Source: Candidatus Woesebacteria bacterium
Lineage (GTDB): Bacteria > Patescibacteriota > Microgenomatia > UBA1400 > MFAQ01
NCBI GenBank assembly: GCA_035389185.1
Contig: DAOORK010000001.1
Span: 695,419 to 759,418 of the forward strand
Length of the DNA stretch: 64,000 nucleotides
Reading direction: 5' to 3'
Shown here: positions 29,268 to 38,849 of the stretch, one piece after another
Layout of the letters: every line of letters begins with the position of its first letter
How positions within the stretch are numbered: the stretch's first letter is position 1
The notes under the pieces: model-generated
Database searches by the model: none
What the model was told of the DNA's origin: nothing
Seen by the model: the letters and a program-made list of their open reading frames with translations, nothing else
Program-made: the position numbers and the translations under genes

Positions 29268-30746
29268 ATGGCAAGCAGACTAGAGGAAATACTAAAAGAA
29301 CGGGAAAAGAAGATTGAAGCCCTTAAAAAAATGGGGATTGATTTGTATCCTGCGCGCTCCATAAAAGAAGCTTCCAATATGGAAGTGGTGGAGAATTTTG
29401 AAAAATACGAAGGGAAGACATTAACCTTGGCCGGAAGAATAATGGCCTGGAGGGAGCATGGCAAACTAATTTTTGGGCAGATTCAGGATCAAAGTGGCAG
29501 AATACAACTGTTTATCAGACAAGACATGATGGGTGCTCGTGATCAGGCCAAACAAACCTTGGGATTTGATGATTTGGAGCTCTTGGATATTGGGGACATC
29601 ATTCAAACAACCGGAGAGATTGTAAAAACCAGAACAGGAGAAGTGTCTGTTCAGGTAAAAGAAATTAAAATGCTGACGAAGGCGAGACTACCCTTACCTG
29701 AAAAATGGGTAGGAATTGTGGATCCGGATGACGCTTTCCGAAAGAGATACCTAGACCTTTTAATGGATCAGGGCAAGATTAGAAGGTTTGAGAGAAAGGC
29801 TAAATTTTGGGCTGAGTGTCGAAAGTTTATGGCCTCCAAAGGATTTATGGAGGTGGAAACGCCAGTGTTGGAGTCGGTGACTGGGGGAGCAGACGCCAGA
29901 CCATTTGTGACTCACATGAACTCGATTGATCAGGATTTTTATATGCGAATTTCGACCGAACTTTATCAAAAGAGACTCATTGGCGCCGGTTTCGAAAAGA
30001 TATACACACTAGCTCCGAACTTTCGTAATGAGGGAATGGATGACGAACATTTGCCGGAGTATTACTCTTTGGAGTGGTACTGGGCTTTCGCAGACTACAG
30101 AGACAATATGCAACTAACTCGTGAACTCTACCGACACATTGCCAAAGAAGTATATGGGAAAACTAAGTTTGTAAGTGGAGGAATGGAGTTTGATTTGGCC
30201 GACGATTGGGAAGAAATTGACTATTTGAAAGTAATTAAAGAAAAGGTTGGAATTGATATTGTGAATTCGACGGATGAGGAAATGAAAGAAGCGATCAAAA
30301 AAGCGGGAGTGAGACTGACTGGAGAAATTAATAGGGCTCGTCTTATTGATAACTGTTGGAAGATTGTCCGCAAAACAATTGCCGGACCGGCATTCCTTTT
30401 AAATGAGCCAAAATTTATGTCGCCCTTGGCCAAGAGTAAACCAGAAGATCCGGAAATAACGGAAAGATTCCATATAATTTTGGCAGGATCCGAGCAGGGA
30501 AATGGCTATTCGGAACTTAATGATCCAGTTGATCAAAAAGAGAGATTTGAAGAGCAGCAAAAAGGAAGAGATAAGGGAGACGAGGAAGCTCAAATGATGG
30601 ATACAGACTTTGTGGAAATGCTTTCATATGGAATGCCGCCAACTTCCGGATTTGGAATGTCAGAGCGACTTTTCTGGGCGATGGAAGACATTTCCGCTCG
30701 TGAGGGAACGCTATTTCCTCCACTTCGTGTTAAGAGGGAAGGATAA
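29268..30746 (+). CDS. lysS: Lysyl-tRNA synthetase (class II)
   Basis: N-terminal OB anticodon-binding domain and class II motifs 2/3 (FRNEGMDDEHLPEY, GMGIDR-type ...GFGMSERL). Confidence 0.9.
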   Translation: MASRLEEILKEREKKIEALKKMGIDLYPARSIKEASNMEVVENFEKYEGKTLTLAGRIMAWREHGKLIFGQIQDQSGRIQLFIRQDMMGARDQAKQTLGFDDLELLDIGDIIQTTGEIVKTRTGEVSVQVKEIKMLTKARLPLPEKWVGIVDPDDAFRKRYLDLLMDQGKIRRFERKAKFWAECRKFMASKGFMEVETPVLESVTGGADARPFVTHMNSIDQDFYMRISTELYQKRLIGAGFEKIYTLAPNFRNEGMDDEHLPEYYSLEWYWAFADYRDNMQLTRELYRHIAKEVYGKTKFVSGGMEFDLADDWEEIDYLKVIKEKVGIDIVNSTDEEMKEAIKKAGVRLTGEINRARLIDNCWKIVRKTIAGPAFLLNEPKFMSPLAKSKPEDPEITERFHIILAGSEQGNGYSELNDPVDQKERFEEQQKGRDKGDEEAQMMDTDFVEMLSYGMPPTSGFGMSERLFWAMEDISAREGTLFPPLRVKREG

Positions 30747-30777
30747 TAAAAAACCTCGGAATAATCCGAGGTTTTTA
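30747..30777. terminator. Bidirectional intrinsic terminator between lysS and the convergent small gene
   Basis: AACCTCGGA-ATAA-TCCGAGGTT flanked by A-run and T-run. Confidence 0.6.
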
Positions 30778-30779
30778 AC

Positions 30780-31121
30780 TTACCTAATGATGGTCACTCT
30801 CTCACCGATAGAGTTAGTGAATGAAACTTTGGTGATGACCATTGCTGATGCCGATTGCCATCTTGTTTGCTGGGGTTTGATCTTTGAGATGGAAAACTCA
30901 CTTCCAATATTGAGAATGTGACGGCCATCTTTGAAGGTAAAGACCAAGCCTCCATTGCCAAGGGCGACGCCTTTGATCTTGGTGTCTTTTGAGCTTGAAC
31001 TTTCGTTGCCGAAGACGCTCAGGATCTTTTTGGTTTCGACAGTAACTTTGGGGTTACCGGCGAAGATCTTTTGGATCTCGGTAATTTGAATTAAATCGCC
31101 ATAAAACACTTTTTTAGGCAC
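30780..31121 (-). CDS. Hypothetical protein (113 aa, GTG start) with a consensus promoter and strong RBS
   Basis: Minus-strand TTGACA-N17-TACAAT at plus 31160-31188, then GGAGG, then GTG start at 31121. No domain recognised. Confidence 0.5.
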   Translation of the reverse strand: MPKKVFYGDLIQITEIQKIFAGNPKVTVETKKILSVFGNESSSSKDTKIKGVALGNGGLVFTFKDGRHILNIGSEFSISKIKPQQTRWQSASAMVITKVSFTNSIGERVTIIR

Positions 31122-31159
31122 AATTCCTCCAAAGAGAATTAGATTTTTAAGGTGATGGT

Positions 31160-31188
31160 ATTGTACACCCTATAGTGTGATTTGTCAA
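31160..31188 (-). promoter_or_regulatory. Sigma70-type consensus promoter (TTGACA-17-TACAAT) for the 30780..31121 gene
   Basis: Perfect -35 and near-perfect -10 hexamers with 17-nt spacing, read on the minus strand. Confidence 0.5.
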
Positions 31189-31254
31189 GCCTGTAGGTAT
31201 GGATTTGAGAGTGATATACTTAGGGTATAAGTGAATTGCTTTGGCGATCCGATT

Positions 31255-31365
31255 ACCGACCGGGGAGAAGCAGGGAGAAAGCACCAACGCTTTGAATTAA
31301 GAGGCTACCTAGCAAGCAAGATGGAACCGTCCGAAAGGACTCTTGTGAGAAGGGTAGTTTTTTGT
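31255..31365 (+). promoter_or_regulatory. T-box-like leader upstream of thrS (candidate)
   Basis: Antiterminator-like geometry AAGA(31318-21)-TGGAACC-GTCC-GAAA-GGAC-TCTT(31341-44), then ACTCTT/AAGGGT hairpin + T6 (31358-63). ACC (Thr codon) lies in a GAAAGCACCAACG context at 31283-85. No full GGGTGG T-box consensus. Confidence 0.35.
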
Positions 31366-31389
31366 TATTAACATATTATTCATCGCCTT

Positions 31390-33171
31390 TTGGCTCAAAC
31401 AAAAATGGAAGAAACGAAACTGCATGCACTGAGACACAGTGCCGAACACATATTAACTCAAGCAATGGAGAAGATTTGGCCTGGCCAAATCATTAAGGCC
31501 ATGGGTCCTGCTATCGATACCGGATTTTATTTTGACTTTGACACAACAAATGGTTTTAAAGTAACCGAGAATGATTTCCCCAAGATCGAGAAAGAGATGA
31601 AGAAGATTGTTCAACTTAATTTACCTTTTGAAAAACATATTGTGACGGCGGAGAAAGCAAGAGAAATGTTTGCCGACAATCCATATAAACAGGAATGGAT
31701 AGACAAAGCGGAAAAAGATGGAGAGGAAATTTTTGTTTACTGGACGGGTGACCCCGGAAAGGGAGGCTCGTTTGTGGATGTTTGTGCCGGACCTCATGTG
31801 GCTAAAACTATTGAAGTAAAAGCATTTAAACTCTTGTCGATTGCCGGAGCTTATTGGCACGGAGATGAGAAGAATAAGATGCTGACAAGAATTTACGGCA
31901 CGGCTTTCGAGACACAAAAGGAACTCGATAATTATGTTTCTCTTTTGGAAGAAGCCAAAAAAAGAGATCACAGAAAACTAGGTAAAGAGATGGATCTATT
32001 TTCATTTTCAGACCTAATTGGAAGTGGACTGCCTCTGTATTCACCGAAAGGAGCTTTTATCAGAAGAACATTAAATAATTTTGTGGAAGAGATGCAGATT
32101 GCGGAAGGATATACCCAAGTATGGACACCGCAAATTGCAAAGGCAGAACTATTTAAGACTTCAGGACATTACGACAAATATAAAGACTCGATGTTTCGGG
32201 TAGTTTCCAATTACTCCGACGAAGAGATGTTCTTGAAACCAATGAACTGCCCACAACACACACAGATTTTTGCGGCGCAGGCAAGAAGTTATCGTGATTT
32301 GCCTTTGAGATTGACCGACTTCGCCATGCTTTACCGCGATGAGAAACCAGGTGAGTTGTCTGGACTGGCTCGAGCAAGAGCTTTCTCTCAGGATGACTGC
32401 CATATTTTTTGTCGAGAAGATCAGGTGGATGACGAGATAGATATGGCTCTACAGATGACGAAGAAAATTATGGCAACCTTCGGATTTAAATATAAATACC
32501 GACTGTCGACGAGAGACCCACAACACCCAGAAAAATACTTGGGTGACCCGAAAGTGTGGAACAAAGTAGAAAAATGGGCGGAGATTATTATGGAGAGAAA
32601 CCAGATTGAGTATTTCCAGGGACCAGGTGAAGCAGCCTTTTATGCTCCGAAGATGGATCTGATTGCCACCGATGCTCTGGGAAGGGAGTGGCAACTATCG
32701 ACAGTACAAATTGACTTTGTGATGCCGGAGAGGTTTGGACTAGTTTATACCGACCAAGATGGGACTCAGAAACACCCAGTGATGTTACATCGAGCAATTA
32801 TCGGATCAGCAGAACGGATGATGATGATTTTGATTGAACATTTTGGCGGAGCCTTCCCAACATGGTTGTCTCCGGTTCAAGTGGCCGTACTACCTATTTC
32901 CGAAAAAACGATGGAATATTCGGCAGAAGTAGCTGAGAAACTGCAGAAACAAGGAATCAGGGTAGAACTTAATACCGATGCTGACTCTTTGGGTAAAAAA
33001 ATTCGCAATGCTGAAGCTTCCAAAGTGCCATATATGCTAATCATTGGTGAAAAAGAAGCCGAGGCAAAAGAGGTTTCTGTTCGCCAACGAGGTCAAAAAG
33101 ATTTAGGAACAATGAAAGTCTCTGATTTTGCTGAGAAAGTGATTAAAGAAGTGGAGGAGAAGAGTCTGTAA
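31390..33171 (+). CDS. thrS: Threonyl-tRNA synthetase (lacks N-terminal TGS/N1 domain)
   Basis: Begins in the N2 editing domain (LRHSAEHIL HxxxH motif), then class II catalytic core and C-terminal anticodon-binding domain. A start at ATG 31405 is possible. Confidence 0.9.
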   Translation: MAQTKMEETKLHALRHSAEHILTQAMEKIWPGQIIKAMGPAIDTGFYFDFDTTNGFKVTENDFPKIEKEMKKIVQLNLPFEKHIVTAEKAREMFADNPYKQEWIDKAEKDGEEIFVYWTGDPGKGGSFVDVCAGPHVAKTIEVKAFKLLSIAGAYWHGDEKNKMLTRIYGTAFETQKELDNYVSLLEEAKKRDHRKLGKEMDLFSFSDLIGSGLPLYSPKGAFIRRTLNNFVEEMQIAEGYTQVWTPQIAKAELFKTSGHYDKYKDSMFRVVSNYSDEEMFLKPMNCPQHTQIFAAQARSYRDLPLRLTDFAMLYRDEKPGELSGLARARAFSQDDCHIFCREDQVDDEIDMALQMTKKIMATFGFKYKYRLSTRDPQHPEKYLGDPKVWNKVEKWAEIIMERNQIEYFQGPGEAAFYAPKMDLIATDALGREWQLSTVQIDFVMPERFGLVYTDQDGTQKHPVMLHRAIIGSAERMMMILIEHFGGAFPTWLSPVQVAVLPISEKTMEYSAEVAEKLQKQGIRVELNTDADSLGKKIRNAEASKVPYMLIIGEKEAEAKEVSVRQRGQKDLGTMKVSDFAEKVIKEVEEKSL

Positions 33172-33341
33172 AGGATTTTTCTTCGACGAAACCTGCCGCC
33201 TCATACCATTTTCAAAAACCGGATGCTCTTTCGCCTGCGCGAAAGCCATCCATTGTTTGCAGTGAAATTTTTCATGGGTACATGAAAACCAGGCAATTTC
33301 ACTTTGCGCAATATTTTTGAAAAGGTACAAGGCTTCGGTCT

Positions 33342-34628
33342 TTGTCGTCTCAGAAATTATTTATCACGCCTGAGATGAGATACAATAGCTATATGGAAGA
33401 AGCGAGAAAGAAAGAACTTATTGAGAGCTTCTTGACGCGCGGCGTTGAGAATTACATTCCGAACAAAGCAGAAATCGAAAAAATGCTTAATTCGGGGAGA
33501 GTTCTTAACGTGTATATGGGAATTGACCCCACGGCAACAAAGATTCATTTGGGTCATGCTTTCCCCCTGCGTAAACTGCAAATATTGGCTGAGCTGGGAC
33601 ACCATGTGACCTTCCTTATTGGCGACTTTACGGCAACGGTTGGAGACACCTCGGACAAAGAAACTGAGAGGCCAATGCTCTCACGTGAGCAAATTGAAGA
33701 AAATTTCAAAGACTACAGAAGACAAGCAAAGAAGTTTTTGGACTTTTCGAAAATTGAGGTTCATTTCAATAGCGAGTGGCTGAGTAAACTGGACTTCGCG
33801 GCAGTTCTAAAACTAACAAAACACTTTTCCTTAAACGATTTTATTAGCCGAGAATTAATTAAAAAGAGACTTTTGGAAGGGAAAAGTGTGTCACTACCGG
33901 AAGTACTTTACCCAATCATGCAAGGTTATGACAGTATGGCACTCGACACCGATATTCAGATTGGGGGAACCGACCAGACATTTAATATGCAGGCAGGGAG
34001 AACTTTGATTAAAGACCTAAAGGGAAAAGACTCATGCATTATTACCAATGGCTTTTTGCCAGGGACTGATGGACGCAAGATGAGTAAAACCTGGGGGAAC
34101 GCGATTTGGTTGGAAGACTCACCAGAAGAGGTGTTTGGAAAAGTAATGTCGGTGAAAGACGATATGATTGTCACCTACTATGTTATGGGAACTAACGCTC
34201 CTCAAAATGTAATTGATGAGGCTAAGAAACGTCTTGAGAGCGGGGAGAATCCGATGAATATAAAGAGGGAGTTGGCTAGAGTGATTGTGAAAGAACTTTG
34301 CGGTAAAGAAGAGGTAGATGCGGCAGAAGAATTTTTCCAAAAAACTGTCGTGGAAAAGAAGGTGGACGAAAATGCCTTGGAGATTACTACTAATGTCGAT
34401 GAATTGGGAATTGTTCAACCGATAATTAAAGACGGAACTAGTTTACTGGATTTTATTGTTGACTCAGGGTTAGCACAAAGTAAATCTGAAGCAAAAAGAT
34501 TGTTGGAGGAAGGAGCTCTTTATCTTGATGAAAAAAGAATTGTTAAAGGAGACGAGGTAATTAAGCTCCATATTGGTATAAATGTAATTCGTGTAGGTAA
34601 ACGTAAATATTTAAAAATTATTAAATAA
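33342..34628 (+). CDS. tyrS: Tyrosyl-tRNA synthetase with C-terminal S4 domain
   Basis: HLGHAFP (HIGH) and KMSKT motifs. C-terminal S4-like RNA-binding domain. The true start is probably an internal ATG (33375/33393). Confidence 0.9.
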   Translation: MSSQKLFITPEMRYNSYMEEARKKELIESFLTRGVENYIPNKAEIEKMLNSGRVLNVYMGIDPTATKIHLGHAFPLRKLQILAELGHHVTFLIGDFTATVGDTSDKETERPMLSREQIEENFKDYRRQAKKFLDFSKIEVHFNSEWLSKLDFAAVLKLTKHFSLNDFISRELIKKRLLEGKSVSLPEVLYPIMQGYDSMALDTDIQIGGTDQTFNMQAGRTLIKDLKGKDSCIITNGFLPGTDGRKMSKTWGNAIWLEDSPEEVFGKVMSVKDDMIVTYYVMGTNAPQNVIDEAKKRLESGENPMNIKRELARVIVKELCGKEEVDAAEEFFQKTVVEKKVDENALEITTNVDELGIVQPIIKDGTSLLDFIVDSGLAQSKSEAKRLLEEGALYLDEKRIVKGDEVIKLHIGINVIRVGKRKYLKIIK

Positions 34629-34633
34629 ATAAT

Positions 34634-34957
34634 ATGTCAGTTACTTTTGAAGAACTAAACGAAAAAATAATGGATCAGGCGGCAGAGAAAGGTTTCGGAA
34701 CAAAACCGGAAGAGATTTCTGTTCCAGAGAAAATTGCTCTAATACACGCTCAGGTGTCATCGGCCTATGAAGGATATCGGAGTAAAAAGATGACTGGAGG
34801 TTGGAGCTTGGAAGATGAAATGGCTGGTGCAGTGATGAGAATTATCCATTTGTGTGGTGTATTGGGACTAGATCTGGAAGGCGCAATACTGAAGAAATAT
34901 GAGGAAAACAAAACCAGAGAATGGGATTGGAAAAAGATGAACGAGAAACATTCATAG
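34634..34957 (+). CDS. MazG-like nucleotide pyrophosphohydrolase domain protein
   Basis: EKIALIHAQVSSAYE ... EDEMAGAVMRIIHLCGVLGLDLEGAI pattern resembles the all-alpha MazG/NTP-PPase fold with conserved acidic residues. Confidence 0.5.
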   Translation: MSVTFEELNEKIMDQAAEKGFGTKPEEISVPEKIALIHAQVSSAYEGYRSKKMTGGWSLEDEMAGAVMRIIHLCGVLGLDLEGAILKKYEENKTREWDWKKMNEKHS

Positions 34958-34977
34958 ATGTCGGATAGAATTGATGT

Positions 34978-36297
34978 ATGCAAACTAAAGTAATACCAAG
35001 AATACAAGCAGGATTTATGGAACTCCTGCCAGCAGAACAGATTTTGTTCAATAAGTTTGTGGAAATCATCAAAGAGACTTTTGAGGAGTATGGTTTTGTG
35101 CCGCAAGATACACCTATCGTGGAAAACGCGGATGTGCTTTTTGCCCAGATTGGGGAAGATACCAAAAAAGAAGTCTATCGATTTTCCAAAGGGGACGATG
35201 AACTAGGGCTTAGATTTGATTTGACTGTGCCGTTGGCTCGCTATGTGGCCATGTACAGTAATAGTCTAACGTTCCCCTTTCGCCGTTACCAGATAGGCAA
35301 AACATATCGGGGGGAGAGACCGCAGAAAGGGCGTTTCCGGGAGTTTTATCAGGCTGACATTGATATTATTGGAAATGGAGCCCTGGCTATGGTCAACGAC
35401 GCCGAGATACCGGCAGTAATCAACAAAGTGTTTGAGAAACTGGATTTAGGTGACTTTGTAATTAAGATTAGCAATCGAAAAATTCTTAGCGGACTGTTGG
35501 AAGATCTGGGAGTTGCAGACAAGCGAGATGAAGTATTAAGAATTATCGATAAGCTGGAAAAGGTGGGGCTGGAGACAGATAAACAAATGCTCATTGATTT
35601 GGGAATTACGGCTAGTGATGCCAATAAAATTATGGATTTTGTCCGTTTGGGAGGAAGCAATGTCAAGATTTTGGAGAGTCTTGGAAAAATGGAGATTGAC
35701 AACGAGACGTTTAAACAGGGAGTAACGGAGCTATTCGAAGTAGTGAAAAAAGCCGGAGAGTTTGGGGTGCCGGAGAAAAATATGCAGATTGATTTGGCAA
35801 TTGCCCGAGGCCTTTCATATTACACCGGGACAGTCTACGAAACAAAACTCTTGGATGATCGGGTGAAAGGAAGTGTTTGCGGCGGTGGAAGGTACGATAA
35901 TCTGGCTGAAAGTTATAGCAATCAAAGTTTCCCCGGAGTTGGAGTTTCTATCGGCCTCACCAGATTGTTTTCGCAACTGTTGGATGCCGGGATGATTAAA
36001 GCAGAAACGGCTACACCAGCCAAAGTGCTGGTAGTGCCAATGGAAGCCGATATGCCTTTTGCACTTGAAGTTTCCGGGAAACTACGAGAGGCAGGAGTAC
36101 CAACAGAACTTTATACCGAAGACGATAAATTCAAAAAGAAACTCATTTATGCCAATAAAATTGGAGTACCATATGTGGCAATTATTGGTGAAGATGAAGT
36201 GAACAAAAAGAAAGTGGCTTTGAAAAATATGAAGACGGGAGAACAGAAATTATTGACAATAATGGAGGTATCAGAGGAATTAGAGAATAATATATAG
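34978..36297 (+). CDS. hisS: Histidyl-tRNA synthetase
   Basis: Class II motifs (RYQIGKTYRGERPQKGRFREFYQ, GGGRYD) and a C-terminal anticodon-binding domain. Confidence 0.9.
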   Translation: MQTKVIPRIQAGFMELLPAEQILFNKFVEIIKETFEEYGFVPQDTPIVENADVLFAQIGEDTKKEVYRFSKGDDELGLRFDLTVPLARYVAMYSNSLTFPFRRYQIGKTYRGERPQKGRFREFYQADIDIIGNGALAMVNDAEIPAVINKVFEKLDLGDFVIKISNRKILSGLLEDLGVADKRDEVLRIIDKLEKVGLETDKQMLIDLGITASDANKIMDFVRLGGSNVKILESLGKMEIDNETFKQGVTELFEVVKKAGEFGVPEKNMQIDLAIARGLSYYTGTVYETKLLDDRVKGSVCGGGRYDNLAESYSNQSFPGVGVSIGLTRLFSQLLDAGMIKAETATPAKVLVVPMEADMPFALEVSGKLREAGVPTELYTEDDKFKKKLIYANKIGVPYVAIIGEDEVNKKKVALKNMKTGEQKLLTIMEVSEELENNI

Positions 36298-36780
36298 ATG
36301 GATAACATTGTTATTTCAAGATTAGGAAAAGAAGAAGTTGATAGTTTTTATGAACTTTTCAAATCAGTAGCAAAAACCGACTTTGATGACTGGACGCAAG
36401 AATCAAAGGAAAAATGGCTTTTAGACGACTATTCAATTGAATACTGGAGAACCCTTTTAAAGGAAGATAAGTTGCCAATATTTGTAGCTAAGGATGGAGA
36501 AGAAATGGTTGGATATGTGATGTTGGAAGGAATAAATTTTGGTGTTGCATATTTAGGGTGGATTGGAGTCTTAAAGTCACATCAAAACATGAAAATTGGA
36601 GGAAAATTGATAGAAGAGATGATTGATTGGTGTAAAAATAATCATCTCCATAAAATTGAACTTGAAACACAAGAGACTCATTTGCAGCATTTCTACGAAA
36701 AACACGGATTTGTTTTGGAAGGAATAAGAAAAAATAGTTGGCAAAACCTTGATAATTATATGTACGGGAAAATTCTTTGA
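36298..36780 (+). CDS. GNAT family N-acetyltransferase
   Basis: Acetyl-CoA-binding-like motif region (..GVLKSHQNMKIGGKLIE..) and GNAT length (160 aa). Confidence 0.7.
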   Translation: MDNIVISRLGKEEVDSFYELFKSVAKTDFDDWTQESKEKWLLDDYSIEYWRTLLKEDKLPIFVAKDGEEMVGYVMLEGINFGVAYLGWIGVLKSHQNMKIGGKLIEEMIDWCKNNHLHKIELETQETHLQHFYEKHGFVLEGIRKNSWQNLDNYMYGKIL

Positions 36781-36849
36781 TCTGGGAAGTGGTAAAATCA
36801 TGCTGCAGGGAGATAAATTAGCCATTAGCTAAACTTCAAGCAAAATATT

Positions 36850-37050
36850 ATGATAGGTACGGTTAAAACAAAAACAGACAGAGGATACGGCTTTATTGCT
36901 CGTGATGGAGAATCAAAAGATCTCTTTTTTCATTCCAATGACTTAAGTGGTATCTCTTTTGAAGAACTACAAACAGGAGCTAAAGTTTCGTTTGATATTG
37001 AAGAGGGTACAAAAGGACCCGCTGCAAAAAACGTAAAAATCGCTGAGTAA
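36850..37050 (+). CDS. cspA: Cold-shock protein (CspA family)
   Basis: GTVKTKTDRGYGFIARDGESKDLFFH with RNP1/RNP2 motifs. 66 aa. Confidence 0.85.
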   Translation: MIGTVKTKTDRGYGFIARDGESKDLFFHSNDLSGISFEELQTGAKVSFDIEEGTKGPAAKNVKIAE

Positions 37051-37065
37051 TTTTGATTAGGTAGC

Positions 37066-37096
37066 AAAAAAGCCTCACATTGTGGGGCTTTTTGTT
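37066..37096 (+). terminator. Rho-independent terminator after csp
   Basis: GCCTCACA-TT-TGTGGGGC hairpin followed by TTTTTG. Confidence 0.6.
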
Positions 37097-37175
37097 GCAT
37101 CAAATATTCCTGTCGAGTATAATCTCAGCGATAAAGTTAACTTTTGGTTCTTTAAACTTATATTAAGGAGGAAAT

Positions 37176-37433
37176 ATGGGAGAAGGTGACTTTGGGGCAT
37201 TTTATTTTTCTGAACAACAAAATAATTTGGGGATACAGGATATCGCCGTGTTCAGAGATATTTTTGGGAAATTACATCGCTATTCATATATGAGGAGTAC
37301 ATTCCCTTTTAAAAAGAAAGTCTCATATTGCAAGGATGCAATATTTATCGGTTTTGGATGGTTTTATGGTTCGTATACAGCTTATTCTTTTTACAATAGT
37401 GGTTTAGCTCGCGATGTCAAAATGAAGCCGTAA
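37176..37433 (+). CDS. Hypothetical aromatic-rich small protein (85 aa)
   Basis: Strong SD AAGGAGG 6 nt upstream of ATG. No domain recognised. Confidence 0.3.
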   Translation: MGEGDFGAFYFSEQQNNLGIQDIAVFRDIFGKLHRYSYMRSTFPFKKKVSYCKDAIFIGFGWFYGSYTAYSFYNSGLARDVKMKP

Positions 37434-37479
37434 ATTATTCCCTTCATACACCACTCAGAAATGGGTGGTTTTTTGTGGT

Positions 37480-38847
37480 TTATTTTAGAGCAGAGAGAAG
37501 CTCCTCAATCTTGACACGCTTTTGAGTGGCAGTATCTCTTTCGCGAACCGTGACAGTGTTGTCTTCGAGGGTGTCGTAGTCAACGGTAATACAGTAAGGA
37601 GTGCCGATCTCGTCTTGAGTGAAGTAGCGTTTGCCGATATTACCTCTTTCGTCTAAGACAGCACTCATGTCTTTCTTTAAATCATTAAAGACCTCATTAG
37701 CTTTTTTGCTTAATTCTTCTTTGTTACCAACCAAGGGGAAGACAGCGACTTTGTATGGTGAAAGAACCTCAGGAAGTTTGAGAACGACTCTTTGTTTTTC
37801 CGTGTCTTCAAAATAGGAGTTCATAAGGATAATAGTAAGTAAACGGGAAAGACCAAAGGTTGGTTCAATAACATGAGGAAGGAATTTTTCCTGGGAGTAT
37901 GGATCTGTGTAGCGAAGATCAACACCTGATTTCTCCATGTGATTTTTGAGATCAAAATCGGTGCGGTAGGCAATTCCAAACATTTCCTTGAAACCCCAGG
38001 GGAATTCGTATTCAAGATCCTCGGTGCGTTTGCTGTAGTGAGCGAGTTCCTCTTTGGTATGAGCACGCCATCGAAGTTTTTCGGCAGGAAGACCTAAATC
38101 AATGGCAAAGTCGTACATTTCTTTTTTCCAGTATTCAAAACTGTTTTCCCAGTCTTCTGGTTTGACAAAATACTCAAACTCGGCCAGATCAAACTCAAGT
38201 GTGCGGAAGGTAAACTTGCCCATAGTGATTTCGTTTCTAAAGGCTTTGCCGGACTGAGCCAGACCAAAAGGAAGTTTGGGGTGAAGGGAGTCAAGAACTT
38301 GTTTGAAGTCGACAAACATACCTTGGGCAAGCTCACCGCGCAGATAAGCGGTATTTTTACCTTCGGTGATGATACCAATCTGAGTTTCAAAAAGCTGATT
38401 GAAGTTACGTACTTTAGTCCAGGTTTTGTTGCCGCATTTGGGACACTTGATGCCCTTGTCGGCAATAATCTGATCGAGTTCTTCAGTGGGTTTACCTTCA
38501 ACATTGTCCAGACCGGCGGCATCTTCTATCAACTGATCAGCACGAGTACGGAAGTGACAAGTGAGACAGTCGACCATAACGTTGGTGAAGTTTACGGTAT
38601 GACCCGAAGCTTCCCAGACTTTGGGACTCATGATGACAGAAGTATCCAAACCAAACATATCAGAACGGGAAGTGACAAAAGTTTTCCACCAGAAATTCAT
38701 GAGATTGCGTTTGAATCCGGTGCCTAGAGGACCGAAGTCATAGGTGTTGGCAAGTCCCCCATAGATTTCCGACCCGGGAAAAATAAAGCCGCGGCGCTTG
38801 GAGAGGGAGATTACTTTATCTAGTATGGTTGATTTGTTATCAGACAT
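37480..38847 (-). CDS. glyQS: Glycyl-tRNA synthetase, alpha2 (archaeal/eukaryotic) type
   Basis: N-terminal RRGFIFPGSEIYGGLANTYDFGPLG signature of dimeric GlyRS. Class II core with C-terminal anticodon-binding domain. Confidence 0.85.
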   Translation of the reverse strand: MSDNKSTILDKVISLSKRRGFIFPGSEIYGGLANTYDFGPLGTGFKRNLMNFWWKTFVTSRSDMFGLDTSVIMSPKVWEASGHTVNFTNVMVDCLTCHFRTRADQLIEDAAGLDNVEGKPTEELDQIIADKGIKCPKCGNKTWTKVRNFNQLFETQIGIITEGKNTAYLRGELAQGMFVDFKQVLDSLHPKLPFGLAQSGKAFRNEITMGKFTFRTLEFDLAEFEYFVKPEDWENSFEYWKKEMYDFAIDLGLPAEKLRWRAHTKEELAHYSKRTEDLEYEFPWGFKEMFGIAYRTDFDLKNHMEKSGVDLRYTDPYSQEKFLPHVIEPTFGLSRLLTIILMNSYFEDTEKQRVVLKLPEVLSPYKVAVFPLVGNKEELSKKANEVFNDLKKDMSAVLDERGNIGKRYFTQDEIGTPYCITVDYDTLEDNTVTVRERDTATQKRVKIEELLSALK

Positions 38848-38849
38848 AT

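Noticed and set aside
33103-33330. 75-aa minus ORF in the tyrS upstream region
   Set aside because: No RBS. It overlaps a structured, inverted-repeat-rich leader and is likely spurious.
33172-33392. T-box leader upstream of tyrS
   Set aside because: A GGGTAC palindrome is present, but there is no UGGNACC bulge, GGGTGG consensus or terminator switch.
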